Assembly: GCA_019112985.1 (NCBI GenBank)
Contig: DXIG01000120.1
Location: 4,971-68,970 of the forward strand
Origin: Candidatus Butyricicoccus stercorigallinarum
Lineage (GTDB): Bacteria > Bacillota > Clostridia > Oscillospirales > Butyricicoccaceae
Length of the DNA stretch: 64,000 nucleotides
Direction: 5' to 3'
A model generated the notes under the pieces. That model ran no database searches and was not told the DNA's origin. It saw only the letters and a list, made by a program, of their open reading frames with translations. The translations under genes and the position numbers were made by a program. Position 1 is the first letter of the stretch. Each line of letters begins with the position of its first letter. Shown in pieces: positions 30,185-39,745 of this stretch.

Positions 30185-31063
30185 TTACTTGGAAACGCCG
30201 GAGACGGCGTGTGTCTGGGGCGACGGCGCGGACGCGCCGCGGATCTGGTACGCCAGAATGGCGGCGACGACGATCGCCGCGCCGAGCAGAGACAGCGGCG
30301 CGATCGTCTCGCCCCACATGATGGCGACGAGAATCGGGTTGAGAATCGGCTCGATGCCGGCGATCAGCGACGCCGAGACCGGATTGGTGTACTTGGTTCC
30401 GATCGAAAAGCAGAGGTAGGCCACGCCGACCTGGAAAAAGCCCATGACGAACACGGCGCCCCACACCTGCGGGGTGAACACCGTCTCCTGCACGACGGTC
30501 GGCGCCAGCAGGAGGAACGACAGCACCTGCCCCAGCACCATGGAGGAGAGCGCGTCGCCCTCCGGGAAGCGGTTGAGCAGGAACAGGCCGCCGTAGAACA
30601 CGCCGGAAATGACGGCGATGATGTTGCCGATCAGGCTGCCGGAGCTGAGGCTGTCGAGGAAAAAGCAGAGGATGCCGGCGCAGACGACGGCGCAGGTGAG
30701 GATGTCCCGCCGGGTCGGGCGGACGTGGAACAACAGCGCCATGAACAGGATGATCCAGACCGGCGCGGTGTATTGCAGAATGATCGCGTTGGCGGCGGTG
30801 GTCAGTTTGTTCGCGACGATGAACAGCGTGGTCACGCCGGTCATGCACAGCGCGCCGCACAGCACCGTGCGGTTGCACTTCAGCTTGTGGTGGGTGATGC
30901 GAAAGTACAGGGCGAACACCAGCGCGCTGAACAGGCTGCGCACGCCGTTGATCGCCAGCGGCGACCAGGGGATGTATTTGCACAGCACGCCGCCGGTGGA
31001 AAACAGCAGCGCCGCGCACAGCATCATAAACGGTCCGAAGTGGGGAGACTGCTTGAAGGACAT
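30185..31063 (-). CDS. DMT superfamily (EamA-like) transporter
   Basis: 292 aa, about 10 TM segments, duplicated EamA-type halves. Confidence 0.75.
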   Translation of the reverse strand: MSFKQSPHFGPFMMLCAALLFSTGGVLCKYIPWSPLAINGVRSLFSALVFALYFRITHHKLKCNRTVLCGALCMTGVTTLFIVANKLTTAANAIILQYTAPVWIILFMALLFHVRPTRRDILTCAVVCAGILCFFLDSLSSGSLIGNIIAVISGVFYGGLFLLNRFPEGDALSSMVLGQVLSFLLLAPTVVQETVFTPQVWGAVFVMGFFQVGVAYLCFSIGTKYTNPVSASLIAGIEPILNPILVAIMWGETIAPLSLLGAAIVVAAILAYQIRGASAPSPQTHAVSGVSK

Positions 31064-31081
31064 GGGAAATCCGCTCCTTTT

Positions 31082-31720
31082 TTATTCCTCGATGGGATTT
31101 CTGAGTTTGGCGTAATAGGAATCCGCCGTGTACAGCGCGGCGGCCGGATTGTGCCCGAGCACGCGGTCCTTGGTGACCAGCGTCGTCACCGGCGCGTCGG
31201 AGTATTTGGTGAACAGGATGTCGTGTCCGACGCACAGCCCCATGATGATGTTGAGGTCGGTTTTCTCGCGGTTGAGCAGCTTGGCCTGCAAAATGGGGTT
31301 ACAGGAATTGCAGCCGATCTGCGCGCAGTCCGGGTCGATGCCCAGCTCGGTCTTGGGCACGGCGCCGACCTTGCACGCCGCTCCGTAGACGGAAAAGCCC
31401 TGTTCGCGCAGCAGCTGCGCCAGCGTGCGCGTCTCGCGGATGAGCCCCACGCAGGTCGCGATGCCGATTTTCTGATAGCCCATGCGTCTGGCGAACGTCA
31501 TGGTCTCCTGCACGCGCGTCCATTTCAGATACCCGTCGTATTCCACCCGCGCCGCCGTCTGCATGATCCGGCGGTTGTCGTCCTCGGCGTAGCAGGCGAT
31601 GGCCTGCGCGCGCAGCGCGGGGTCCAGATGGGTGGTGAGGCAAAACGGGGGATAGGACTTGTCCTGGGTATCGCAGTTGATGACGGCGCAGTTCGCGCAA
31701 GACAGAGCAGATTCGTTCAT
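31082..31720 (-). CDS. DUF1847 family Cys-rich metal-binding protein
   Basis: SCANCAVINC...PFCLT...CNSCNP...GLCVGHD pattern. Confidence 0.65.
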   Translation of the reverse strand: MNESALSCANCAVINCDTQDKSYPPFCLTTHLDPALRAQAIACYAEDDNRRIMQTAARVEYDGYLKWTRVQETMTFARRMGYQKIGIATCVGLIRETRTLAQLLREQGFSVYGAACKVGAVPKTELGIDPDCAQIGCNSCNPILQAKLLNREKTDLNIIMGLCVGHDILFTKYSDAPVTTLVTKDRVLGHNPAAALYTADSYYAKLRNPIEE

Positions 31721-31872
31721 GGCTTCCTCCTGGGGACGGAAAATTGCTGTTTTTGTGTCATGACCTCACAAAAAAGAGTAATTTCTCTGCAAAAACATAG
31801 AAAAACCCTGTGAATGACAATTTCATTAAAGCACGCGCAGAAAGGAAAGTCAAACGGAATGCGCCATGTTTC

Positions 31873-31906
31873 AAAAAAAAATCAGGGCGTCTGTCTTCGC
31901 CCTGAT
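31873..31906 (-). terminator. Intrinsic terminator of the 31914..32459 gene
   Basis: On the minus strand: ATCAGGGCG...CGCCCTGAT followed by TTTTTTTT. Confidence 0.75.
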
Positions 31907-31913
31907 TGTGTCA

Positions 31914-32459
31914 TTATGAGAGCTGTACGGTGCCGCCGCTTTCGGCGACGAGCGGCACGATGTCCGACTCGATCTGATCGTCGGTCGCCATGTGGTTGAG
32001 CACAAACGGCGCCGCGCTGCCGCAGCACAGCAGATACTGGTCGTCGGTCTGTTGCAGGACGACCTGTTCGTAGCGGGTATAGCGGCCGTCCGCGCCAAAC
32101 GCGCGGTTGTCCGCCACGCCGGTGCGGTCGAAGATGACGGTGTTGTTCGTATAAAACAGCGTGAACGCGAGGCAGACCGTGACGACGGCGCGCACGCCCC
32201 AGGTGCGCGCGGCGAAGCCGGACACATGGTCGGTTTCCAGCAGCGCGGGCTCCTCCGACGCCGCGAACCAGTGGAAAAAGGTGTGCCGCAGCAGGACGCA
32301 CAGCAGCAGCGCGGGCAGCAGTGCGAACACGAACAGGCCGGCGCGGCTGGGGAACAGCACCAGCAGGTGGCGCTGCGAAAAGAGGCGGGAGAAAACGGTA
32401 TAGAGCCCCTGCGTCAGGGCGCACAGCGCGGCGTAGAGCAGCGCGGCGCCGAGCGCCAT
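31914..32459 (-). CDS. Hypothetical membrane protein (possibly 5'-truncated; no SD sequence)
   Basis: 181-aa ORF with three hydrophobic segments, a soluble C-terminal region and its own terminator. The start codon lies 5 nt from the truncated 2Fe-2S gene remnant, with no ribosome-binding site. Confidence 0.45.
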   Translation of the reverse strand: MALGAALLYAALCALTQGLYTVFSRLFSQRHLLVLFPSRAGLFVFALLPALLLCVLLRHTFFHWFAASEEPALLETDHVSGFAARTWGVRAVVTVCLAFTLFYTNNTVIFDRTGVADNRAFGADGRYTRYEQVVLQQTDDQYLLCCGSAAPFVLNHMATDDQIESDIVPLVAESGGTVQLS

Positions 32460-32464
32460 CGCCC

Positions 32465-32614
32465 GCGCGCGGCGTGTTCTGCGCGATCGGGCGGTGCACC
32501 GACTGCGTGATGGTGGTCAATGGAAAACCGAATGTGCGCACCTGTGTCACGCCGCTCGAAGAGGGCATGACCGTGCAGACACAGTACGGCGTCAGCGCAA
32601 AGCCGCAGGAATGA
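32465..32614 (+). pseudogene. 5'-truncated small (2Fe-2S)-binding subunit (HcnA/OoxA-N/sarcosine oxidase alpha N-terminal-like)
   Basis: Only ARGVFCAIGRCTDCVMVVNGKPNVRTCVTPLEEGMTVQTQYG (the four-Cys cluster segment) is recognisable. The upstream in-frame sequence is Arg-rich antisense of the neighbouring gene. Confidence 0.6.
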
Positions 32615-32626
32615 GAAGGTGAAACG

Positions 32627-34195
32627 ATGGAAAGACATGATTTGATTGTCATCGGCGCGGGTCCGGCGGGACTGTCTGCGGCGATTGAAGCGGCCAAAAC
32701 CGGCATGGACGTCGTGGTTTTTGACGAGAACGCGAAGCCAGGCGGACAGCTGTTCAAGCAGATCCATAAATTCTTCGGCTCGAAGGAGCACAAGGCAAAG
32801 GTGCGCGGCTTCCGCATCGGCCGCGAGCTGCTCGACGAGGCCAACCGCCTCGGCGTGCGCGTCGAGCTGAATTCGACCGTCATGGGACTGTACACCGATA
32901 AAGAAGTCACGGTTCGGCAGGGCGACGGCGTCCGGCACTACAAGGCGGACGCGGTTATCATCGCGACGGGCGCTTCGGAAAACATGGTCACCTTCGATGG
33001 GTGGACGCTGCCGGGCGTCATCGGCGCGGGCGCGGCGCAGACCATGATGAACCTGCACGGCATTCAGCCGGGCAAGCGCGTGCTCATGCTGGGCACGGGC
33101 AACGTCGGACTGGTGGTCAGCTTCCAGCTGCTGCAGGCCGGATGCGAGGTCGTCGCGCTGGTTGACGCGGCGCCGCGCGTCGGCGGTTACGGCGTGCACG
33201 CCGCGAAGGTCGCGCGCTGCGGCGTTCCGTTTTACCTGTCCCACACGATTGTCAAGGCGGACGGCGAGGACTGCGTCACCGGCGTGACCATCGCCCAGGT
33301 GGACAGCAGCTTCCGGCCGATTGCGGGCACGGAGAAGCACTTCGACGTCGACACGATCTGTCTGGCGGTCGGCCTGTCCCCGATGTCCCAGCTGGCCAAG
33401 ATGGCGGGCTGCAAGATGATCGAGAGCAAGGGCGGCACCGTGCCGGAATGCGACGCCTACGGCGAGACCAGCATGGCGGGTATCTTTGTCGCGGGCGACG
33501 TCTCCGGCATCGAGGAGGCCAGCTCGGCGATGATCGAGGGCCGCATCGCGGGCATCTCCGCCGCGTATGCGCTCGGCTATCTGACGGAGGAGGCGCGCGA
33601 CAGCGCCGTGCAGGCGCAGGAGACCGCGCTGGAGAGCCTGCGTCAGGGCATGTTCGCGCCGAAGAACCGCGGCAAGCTGCTCAAGGAGACGGAGGAGGGC
33701 ATCGCGGTTTCGATGAGCCTGCTCGAAAAGGGCTATGTGGCGGAGGACGAGATCGAGCGCTATCCGGGCGTCACGCATTCCGCCCGTGTCCATCCGGTCA
33801 TGGAATGCACGCAAAATATCCCGTGCAACCCGTGTCAGGACGCCTGCCCGAAAAAGTGCATCAAGATTGGCGACAACATCACGTCGCTGCCGGTGGTAGA
33901 CCCGGAGGCAACCTGCATCGGCTGTGGCATGTGCGTGGCATCCTGCTCCGGTCAGGCGATTTTCCTCGTCGACGAGGGCTATGCGCCCGATTGTGCGACG
34001 GTCACCATGCCGTATGAATTTCTTCCGCTGCCCGAGGCGGGAGACCGGGGAATGGCGCTGGACCGCAGCGGCCAGGCGGTCTGCGAGGCCGAAGTGGTCG
34101 GCGTCAAGAGCATGCCGGCGTTTGACCATACCAACCTGCTGACCATCAAGGTTCCGTTGGATATGGCGTACCGTGCAAGATTTTTTCGGGCATAA
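32627..34195 (+). CDS. NAD(P)/FAD-dependent oxidoreductase subunit (HcnB/OoxA-like) with C-terminal 4Fe-4S ferredoxin-type motifs
   Basis: DLIVIGAGPAGLSAA and VLMLGTGNVGLV dinucleotide folds. CNPCQDACPKKC and CIGCGMCVASCSG Cys motifs. Confidence 0.8.
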   Translation: MERHDLIVIGAGPAGLSAAIEAAKTGMDVVVFDENAKPGGQLFKQIHKFFGSKEHKAKVRGFRIGRELLDEANRLGVRVELNSTVMGLYTDKEVTVRQGDGVRHYKADAVIIATGASENMVTFDGWTLPGVIGAGAAQTMMNLHGIQPGKRVLMLGTGNVGLVVSFQLLQAGCEVVALVDAAPRVGGYGVHAAKVARCGVPFYLSHTIVKADGEDCVTGVTIAQVDSSFRPIAGTEKHFDVDTICLAVGLSPMSQLAKMAGCKMIESKGGTVPECDAYGETSMAGIFVAGDVSGIEEASSAMIEGRIAGISAAYALGYLTEEARDSAVQAQETALESLRQGMFAPKNRGKLLKETEEGIAVSMSLLEKGYVAEDEIERYPGVTHSARVHPVMECTQNIPCNPCQDACPKKCIKIGDNITSLPVVDPEATCIGCGMCVASCSGQAIFLVDEGYAPDCATVTMPYEFLPLPEAGDRGMALDRSGQAVCEAEVVGVKSMPAFDHTNLLTIKVPLDMAYRARFFRA

Positions 34196-34210
34196 GCGGA
34201 GGGCAGAAGC

Positions 34211-34543
34211 ATGAACGAACTGAGCAATCGTTTCCGTGATATCGGGGAATTTGTCCCCGAACCGGATGATGACAGAATCATCTGCCGCTGTGAGGAGGTC
34301 ACGAAGGGAGAGATCCGGCAGGCGGTGCACGACGGGATGTACACCATCACCGAGGTGCGGCGCTATCTGCGCACCGGCATGGGTCTCTGCCAGGGACAGA
34401 CCTGCGGGCGGCTGGTCAAGGGCATTATCGCGAAGGAGCTGGGCGTTTCGCCGACGGAGCTGGAATCCGCGACGGCGCGCGCGCCGATGCGTCCGGTGGA
34501 GATGGAAATTCTCGCCAATGAAAAGGGAGGCGAAGAAGCATGA
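34211..34543 (+). CDS. BFD-like (2Fe-2S)-binding protein
   Basis: ICRCEEVTKGEI...GLCQGQTCG is a BFD-type CxC...CxxC motif. Confidence 0.8.
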   Translation: MNELSNRFRDIGEFVPEPDDDRIICRCEEVTKGEIRQAVHDGMYTITEVRRYLRTGMGLCQGQTCGRLVKGIIAKELGVSPTELESATARAPMRPVEMEILANEKGGEEA

Positions 34544-35691
34544 ATAAAAATGCAGAAGTCATCGTCATCGGCGCCGGCGTCAACGGCTGCGCGGCAACGT
34601 ACTATCTGGCGAAGCAGGGCGTGCGCGTCATCGTGCTGGAGGGCAGCGATTACATCGGCAACGGCGGATCGTCGCGCAACGGCGGCGGCGTGCGCCAGTC
34701 CGGACGCGACCCGCGCGAGCTGCCGTATGCGATGTGGGGCATCCGCGAGCTGTGGCCGACGCTCTCCGAGGAGCTGGGCGCAGACGTCGAATATTTTCAG
34801 GAGGGCAACCTCCGTCTCGGCAAGAACGAGGCGCACCGCGCGAAGCTGCAAAGCCTCGCGGACAAGGCGAAGGCGGTCGGACTGGACGTCCGCATGATTT
34901 CCGGCGACGAGGCGCGTGAGATCAATCCCTATCTGTCGGAGGAAGTCACCTGCGCGAGCTGGTGCCCGACCGACGGACACGCGAACCCGATGCGCACCAC
35001 GCTGGCCTTCTTTCGCCGGGCGCGTCAGCTCGGCGCACAGTTTTACACCGGCGCGCGCGTGGCGGCGATCAAAACCGTGCGCGGACAGGCGCGGCAGGTT
35101 GTGCTGACCGACGGCACGGTGATGGAGGGCGAGACCATCATCGTCGCGGCGGGCTATCAGAGCCGCGCGATTCTCAACACGGTCGGCATCGACGTTCCGA
35201 TGGTGATGCGCAACAGCGAGACGCTGGTCACCGAGGCGCAGCCGCCGATGTTCTGGCAGATGCTCGGCACGGCTGCGGCGGACTTTTACGGACATCAGAC
35301 GCCGCACGGCTCGTTTGTCTTCGGCGGCACGGCGGGTTACGATACGTTCAACAAATTTCGCCCGGACGGCATCGGCGTCCCGCAGACGACGAGCATGCAT
35401 CCGTCCTATCTGTGCCGCGCGATTCTCGGCTATTTCCCGGCGCTCAAGGATGCGAAAATTGTCCGCGCCTGGGCGGGATGGAACGATCAGTGCGCCGACG
35501 GCGTCCCGGTCATCAGCCCGATCGACGAGGTGCCCGGCCTGATCGCGGCGTGCGGCTTCTCCGGACACGGCTTCGGTACCGGGCCTGCGGTGGGCAAGCT
35601 GCTCTCGCAGATGGCGACCGGACAGGAGCTGTCGGTCAACATGGACGCGCTGCGGTACGACCGCTTCGTCGCCAAGGACCGGCTGGCCTGA
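34540..35691 (+). CDS. FAD-dependent oxidoreductase (DAO family; HcnC/OoxB/sarcosine oxidase beta-like)
   Basis: VIVIGAGVNGCAATYYLAKQGVRVIVLE FAD fold. GFSGHGFGTGP near the C-terminus. ATGA-type overlap with the BFD gene. Confidence 0.85.
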   Translation: MNKNAEVIVIGAGVNGCAATYYLAKQGVRVIVLEGSDYIGNGGSSRNGGGVRQSGRDPRELPYAMWGIRELWPTLSEELGADVEYFQEGNLRLGKNEAHRAKLQSLADKAKAVGLDVRMISGDEAREINPYLSEEVTCASWCPTDGHANPMRTTLAFFRRARQLGAQFYTGARVAAIKTVRGQARQVVLTDGTVMEGETIIVAAGYQSRAILNTVGIDVPMVMRNSETLVTEAQPPMFWQMLGTAAADFYGHQTPHGSFVFGGTAGYDTFNKFRPDGIGVPQTTSMHPSYLCRAILGYFPALKDAKIVRAWAGWNDQCADGVPVISPIDEVPGLIAACGFSGHGFGTGPAVGKLLSQMATGQELSVNMDALRYDRFVAKDRLA

Positions 35692-35723
35692 CCGCGCGGA
35701 CAAAAACCCCATACACGAAGAGC

Positions 35724-35775
35724 AACGGCGCTCAGATTTCTCTCGGACGAGGGGGATTTGAGCGCCGTTTTATTG
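35724..35775 (+). terminator. Intrinsic terminator separating the oxidoreductase operon from the permease operon
   Basis: AACGGCGCTCA...TGAGCGCCGTT followed by TTATTG. Confidence 0.6.
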
Positions 35776-35829
35776 TATAGAGAGCGCATCGTGCGTGAAT
35801 TTATGAAGTAAGGAAAGAAGTGAAACATT

Positions 35830-37272
35830 ATGGAAAAATCGAAATTCAATAAGGTTCTCGGCATGTCCGATGTACTCGTCATTGCCTTCGGCGCGATGAT
35901 CGGCTGGGCGTGGGTCGTCAGTACCGGCGACTGGATCAGCACGGCGGGCACCATCGGTGCGATTTTCTCGTTCATCATCGGCGGCATCATGGTCTACTTT
36001 GTCAGCCTGACCTACGCGGAGCTGACCGCCGCCATGCCGCAGTGCGGCGGCGAGCACGTGTTCAGCTATCGGGCGATGGGACCCAACGCATCGTTTGTGT
36101 GCACCTGGGCGATTGTCCTCGGCTATGCGTCGGTTGCGGCGTTTGAAGCGTGCGCCATGCCGACCGTCATCACCTACATTTTCCCGAATTTCCTCAAGGG
36201 CTACATGTACACGATCGCGGGCTTCGACGTCTATGCGTCGTGGGTTGCGGTTGCGGTCATCGCGGCCATTATCATCACCTACATCAACCTGAAGGGCGTC
36301 AAGACGGCCGCCATTTTGCAGACGATCTTCACGCTCATGATCGCCGCAGCGGGCATCGCGCTGGTCGCGGCCTCCGCTGTCAACGGCAGCATGGATAACC
36401 TGACGGCCTATCCGTTCGCGTCGGCGGAGTTCACCGACGTCTCCAAGCTGGGCGGCATCATGACGATCGCCGTCATGACCCCGTTCTATTTCGTCGGCTT
36501 TGACGTCATCCCGCAGGTCGCGGAAGAAATCAACATTTCGTACAAGAAGCTCGGCAAGATCATGCTGCTCTCCATCATCATAGCGATTGTCTTCTATGCC
36601 ATGGTCGTCTTCGGCGTCGGTTACATTATGCCGGTCGGCGACATGGTCAGCGCAGAGCTGCCGACGGCCACCGCGATGGAAGTCGCGTTCGGCATCCCGG
36701 CGATGGCCAAGGTTCTGGTTATCGGCGGCATCGCAGGCATGATCACCTCCTGGAACTCGTTCATCATCGGCGGCTCCCGCGCCATGTTCTCCATGGCGGA
36801 GTCCAAGATGCTGCCGGAAGTATTCGCAAAGCTGGATCCGAAGAGCAAGGCGCCGACCAACGCCATCCTGTTCATCGGCATTGCGTCCGCCATCGCGCCG
36901 TTCTTCGGCAGAAGAATGCTGGTCTGGATTGTTGACGCGGGTTCGCTCGGCGTCTGCGTCGCGTACCTCATGGTCGCGCTGTCCTTCCTGATTCTCCGCA
37001 AGAAGGAGCCGGAGATGAACCGCCCGTACCGCGTCAAGAACGGCACGCTGGTCGGCATCCTGGCCGTCATCATGGCGGGCTTCTTCACCGTACTGTACAT
37101 CGTTCCGCTGCCGTTTGCCAGCACCGCGCTGGTTTGGCAGGAGTGGATCGTCGCAGGTCTGTGGATTGTGATCGGCGCAGTCTTCTTCGTCTACTGCAAG
37201 AAGAAGTACGGCGCGGAGTTCGGCAAGCACATCGACGTCATGCTGGACGAGAGCCTGATGGAGAAGGAATAA
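35830..37272 (+). CDS. APC superfamily amino acid permease
   Basis: 480 aa, about 12 TM segments, with an N-terminal LGMSDVLVIAFGAMIGWAW pattern. Confidence 0.85.
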   Translation: MEKSKFNKVLGMSDVLVIAFGAMIGWAWVVSTGDWISTAGTIGAIFSFIIGGIMVYFVSLTYAELTAAMPQCGGEHVFSYRAMGPNASFVCTWAIVLGYASVAAFEACAMPTVITYIFPNFLKGYMYTIAGFDVYASWVAVAVIAAIIITYINLKGVKTAAILQTIFTLMIAAAGIALVAASAVNGSMDNLTAYPFASAEFTDVSKLGGIMTIAVMTPFYFVGFDVIPQVAEEINISYKKLGKIMLLSIIIAIVFYAMVVFGVGYIMPVGDMVSAELPTATAMEVAFGIPAMAKVLVIGGIAGMITSWNSFIIGGSRAMFSMAESKMLPEVFAKLDPKSKAPTNAILFIGIASAIAPFFGRRMLVWIVDAGSLGVCVAYLMVALSFLILRKKEPEMNRPYRVKNGTLVGILAVIMAGFFTVLYIVPLPFASTALVWQEWIVAGLWIVIGAVFFVYCKKKYGAEFGKHIDVMLDESLMEKE

Positions 37273-37279
37273 GGCGGAA

Positions 37280-38437
37280 ATGAAAGCATTTACCTTTTCT
37301 GTTCCGCAGGAGATCATATTCGGTTCCGGTAGCCTGAACAGGCTACCGGAACTGCTGAAAAAGCAAAATGCGGCGCGCGTGCTGCTCATTTCCGGCCCGC
37401 ATCTGAACAAGATGGGCGTCGTGGGGCGGCTGCGGGACAGCATCGTGTCTGCGGGCGCCGCGTGTGAGACGTTTACCGACGTCGAGGCCAACCCGTCGAT
37501 GGAGACCGTGGAGAAAGCGGCGGCGGCCTACCACGCGTTCGGCGCAGATGCGATTGTGGCGATCGGCGGCGGCTCCCCGATGGACGTCGCCAAGGCGGTC
37601 GGCGTCGTGGTCACCTACGGCGGAAGCATCGCGCAGTATGAGGGCGTCGGCACCGTGCCCGGCCCGATCGTCCCGCTGATCGCCATTCCGACGACGGCGG
37701 GCACCGGCTCGGAGGTCACGACCTTCTCCGTCATCACCGACCATTCGCGAAACTACAAGCTCACGGTCGGCAGCCAGTATCTGATTCCGCGCTGTGCGCT
37801 GCTCGATCCGGAGCTGCTGACGACCACCCCGGCGGGCGTCGCCGCCGCCTGCGGCATGGACGCGCTGGTGCACGCGCTGGAGGCCTATCTGTCGCGCGCC
37901 GCCTCGCCGTTTTCCGATGCGATGGCGGAAAAAGCGCTCGCGCTGATCGGCCGCAGCCTGCGCGCCTTTGTCGCGGACCGCGCCAATCTGGAAGCGGCGT
38001 CGGATATGCTGGCGGGCAGTCTGTTCGCGGGCATCGCGTTCTCGTGGGCGCGCCTCGGCAACGTCCACGCGATGGCGCACCCGCTCGGCGGCTTCTTCAA
38101 CGTGCCGCACGGCCTGGCGAACGCGATTCTGCTGCCCGTCGTCGTGGACTACAACGCGATTGCCGACCACGACGGGAAATACGAAACCATTTACCGCGCG
38201 GTCGCCGCATCGCCCAAAGCGGAATTTTCACAGGAGATGCTGGCGGACGAGCTGCGCCGCCTCGCGGCGCGCATCGGCATTCCGGCGACGCTGGCCGAGG
38301 TGGGCGTAGACGCGGAGAAAATTCCGGAGATGGCGGCAGATGCGATGAAATCGGGCAACATCTACGTCAATCCGCGCACATCGACACAGAAGGACATCGA
38401 ACAGCTTTATCGCAGGGCGATGGGCGACAAGACATAA
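37280..38437 (+). CDS. Iron-containing (group III) alcohol dehydrogenase
   Basis: GGGSPMDVAKAVG and the HAMAHPLGG...HG metal-ligand histidines. Confidence 0.88.
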   Translation: MKAFTFSVPQEIIFGSGSLNRLPELLKKQNAARVLLISGPHLNKMGVVGRLRDSIVSAGAACETFTDVEANPSMETVEKAAAAYHAFGADAIVAIGGGSPMDVAKAVGVVVTYGGSIAQYEGVGTVPGPIVPLIAIPTTAGTGSEVTTFSVITDHSRNYKLTVGSQYLIPRCALLDPELLTTTPAGVAAACGMDALVHALEAYLSRAASPFSDAMAEKALALIGRSLRAFVADRANLEAASDMLAGSLFAGIAFSWARLGNVHAMAHPLGGFFNVPHGLANAILLPVVVDYNAIADHDGKYETIYRAVAASPKAEFSQEMLADELRRLAARIGIPATLAEVGVDAEKIPEMAADAMKSGNIYVNPRTSTQKDIEQLYRRAMGDKT

Positions 38438-38454
38438 CACAGGAGGACAGAACA

Positions 38455-39597
38455 ATGGAATACCCCAAGGTTGACTTTTTATATCTGAGCGAGCCGGACA
38501 TGATTTCGGCCGGCGTCAAGGACATGGCGGGCTGCATCGACGCGATGGAGGACGTCTTCTCGCTGATGAGCAAGGGCGACTACATGATGGGCGGCCCGAA
38601 CGGCAACGAGCACGGCATTAAGATGCTGTTCCCCAAGACCTCTGAGGTCGAGGGCATGCCGCTCGACGGTCCGGATCGCCGCGTCGTCGCCATGCCGGCC
38701 TATCTGGGCGGCAAATACCACCTGTGCGGCATCAAGTGCTATGGCTCCGACCAGCGCAACCGCGGCAAGGGTCTGCCGCGCTCCATCCTGATGCTGACGC
38801 TGATGGATCTGGAGACCGGCGTGCCGATCGCCTACATGTCCGCCAACGTGCTGAGCGCCATGCGCACCGGCGCCGTGCCGGGACTGGGCGCGCGCCATCT
38901 GAGCGTCAAGAACCCGAAGGTGGCGTCCATCGTCGGCCCGGGCGTCATGGGACGCACGGCCATCGATGCGTTCGTGACTGCACAGCCGAGCATCGACACG
39001 GTCAAGATCAAGGGCAGAAGTCAGCGCGGCATCGACGCCTTTATCGAGTACTGCAAACAGAACCATCCGACGCTGAAGAACTTTATCGTCTGCGAGGACA
39101 TGGAGCAGGCGTGCCGCGATTCGGACATCATCTGCTGCGGCACGACCAACGCGCCGGTCTTCGAGGACAACCCATATGTCAACGGCGAATGGCTCAAGCC
39201 GGGCTGCCTGGTCATGGCGACCTCTGCCATGCTGATGGACGAGGACTTCATGGCGGACACCTCCAAGTGCAAGCTGATTTCCGACAACTACAAGATGTAC
39301 GAGGGCTGGGGCGTCGGCCGCGAGTATCCGACGCAGAAGACGGTCAGCTCGCTGATCGGCATGCGCTTTTACGATCTGGTCGCCTCTGGCAAGATGAAGC
39401 GCGAGGACATCACCGACATCGGCGACATCCTCAACGGCTATGCGACCGGCCGCGAGTCGGAGGATCAGGTCATCGTCTACGCCGTCGGCGGCATGCCGAC
39501 GGAGGACGTCGCCTGGGGCTACACCTGCTACCAGAAGGCGCTCGAGCTGGGCATCGGCACCAAGCTCCACCTGTGGGACGAGCCGAATCTGGCGTAA
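38455..39597 (+). CDS. Ornithine cyclodeaminase / mu-crystallin family protein
   Basis: Start MEYPKVDFLY after AGGAGG. LSAMRTGAVPGLGARHL and VGPGVMGRTAIDAF Rossmann segment. Confidence 0.75.
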   Translation: MEYPKVDFLYLSEPDMISAGVKDMAGCIDAMEDVFSLMSKGDYMMGGPNGNEHGIKMLFPKTSEVEGMPLDGPDRRVVAMPAYLGGKYHLCGIKCYGSDQRNRGKGLPRSILMLTLMDLETGVPIAYMSANVLSAMRTGAVPGLGARHLSVKNPKVASIVGPGVMGRTAIDAFVTAQPSIDTVKIKGRSQRGIDAFIEYCKQNHPTLKNFIVCEDMEQACRDSDIICCGTTNAPVFEDNPYVNGEWLKPGCLVMATSAMLMDEDFMADTSKCKLISDNYKMYEGWGVGREYPTQKTVSSLIGMRFYDLVASGKMKREDITDIGDILNGYATGRESEDQVIVYAVGGMPTEDVAWGYTCYQKALELGIGTKLHLWDEPNLA

Positions 39598-39616
39598 CAT
39601 CGACAAAATTTGTATG

Positions 39617-39665
39617 AAAAAACGGCGCGCTGTTCTCGTTTGGGGGGACGGCGCGCCGATTTTTG
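39617..39665 (+). terminator. Intrinsic terminator after the OCD-family gene
   Basis: CGGCGCGC...GCGCGCCG followed by ATTTTTG. Confidence 0.6.
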
Positions 39666-39745
39666 CGCAAAAAAAGACCGTGCGTGCGGGCGCGCCGTGA
39701 TACTTTGGCGCGTGCGGTGGCATACTAAGCGCGGAGGTGGATACG

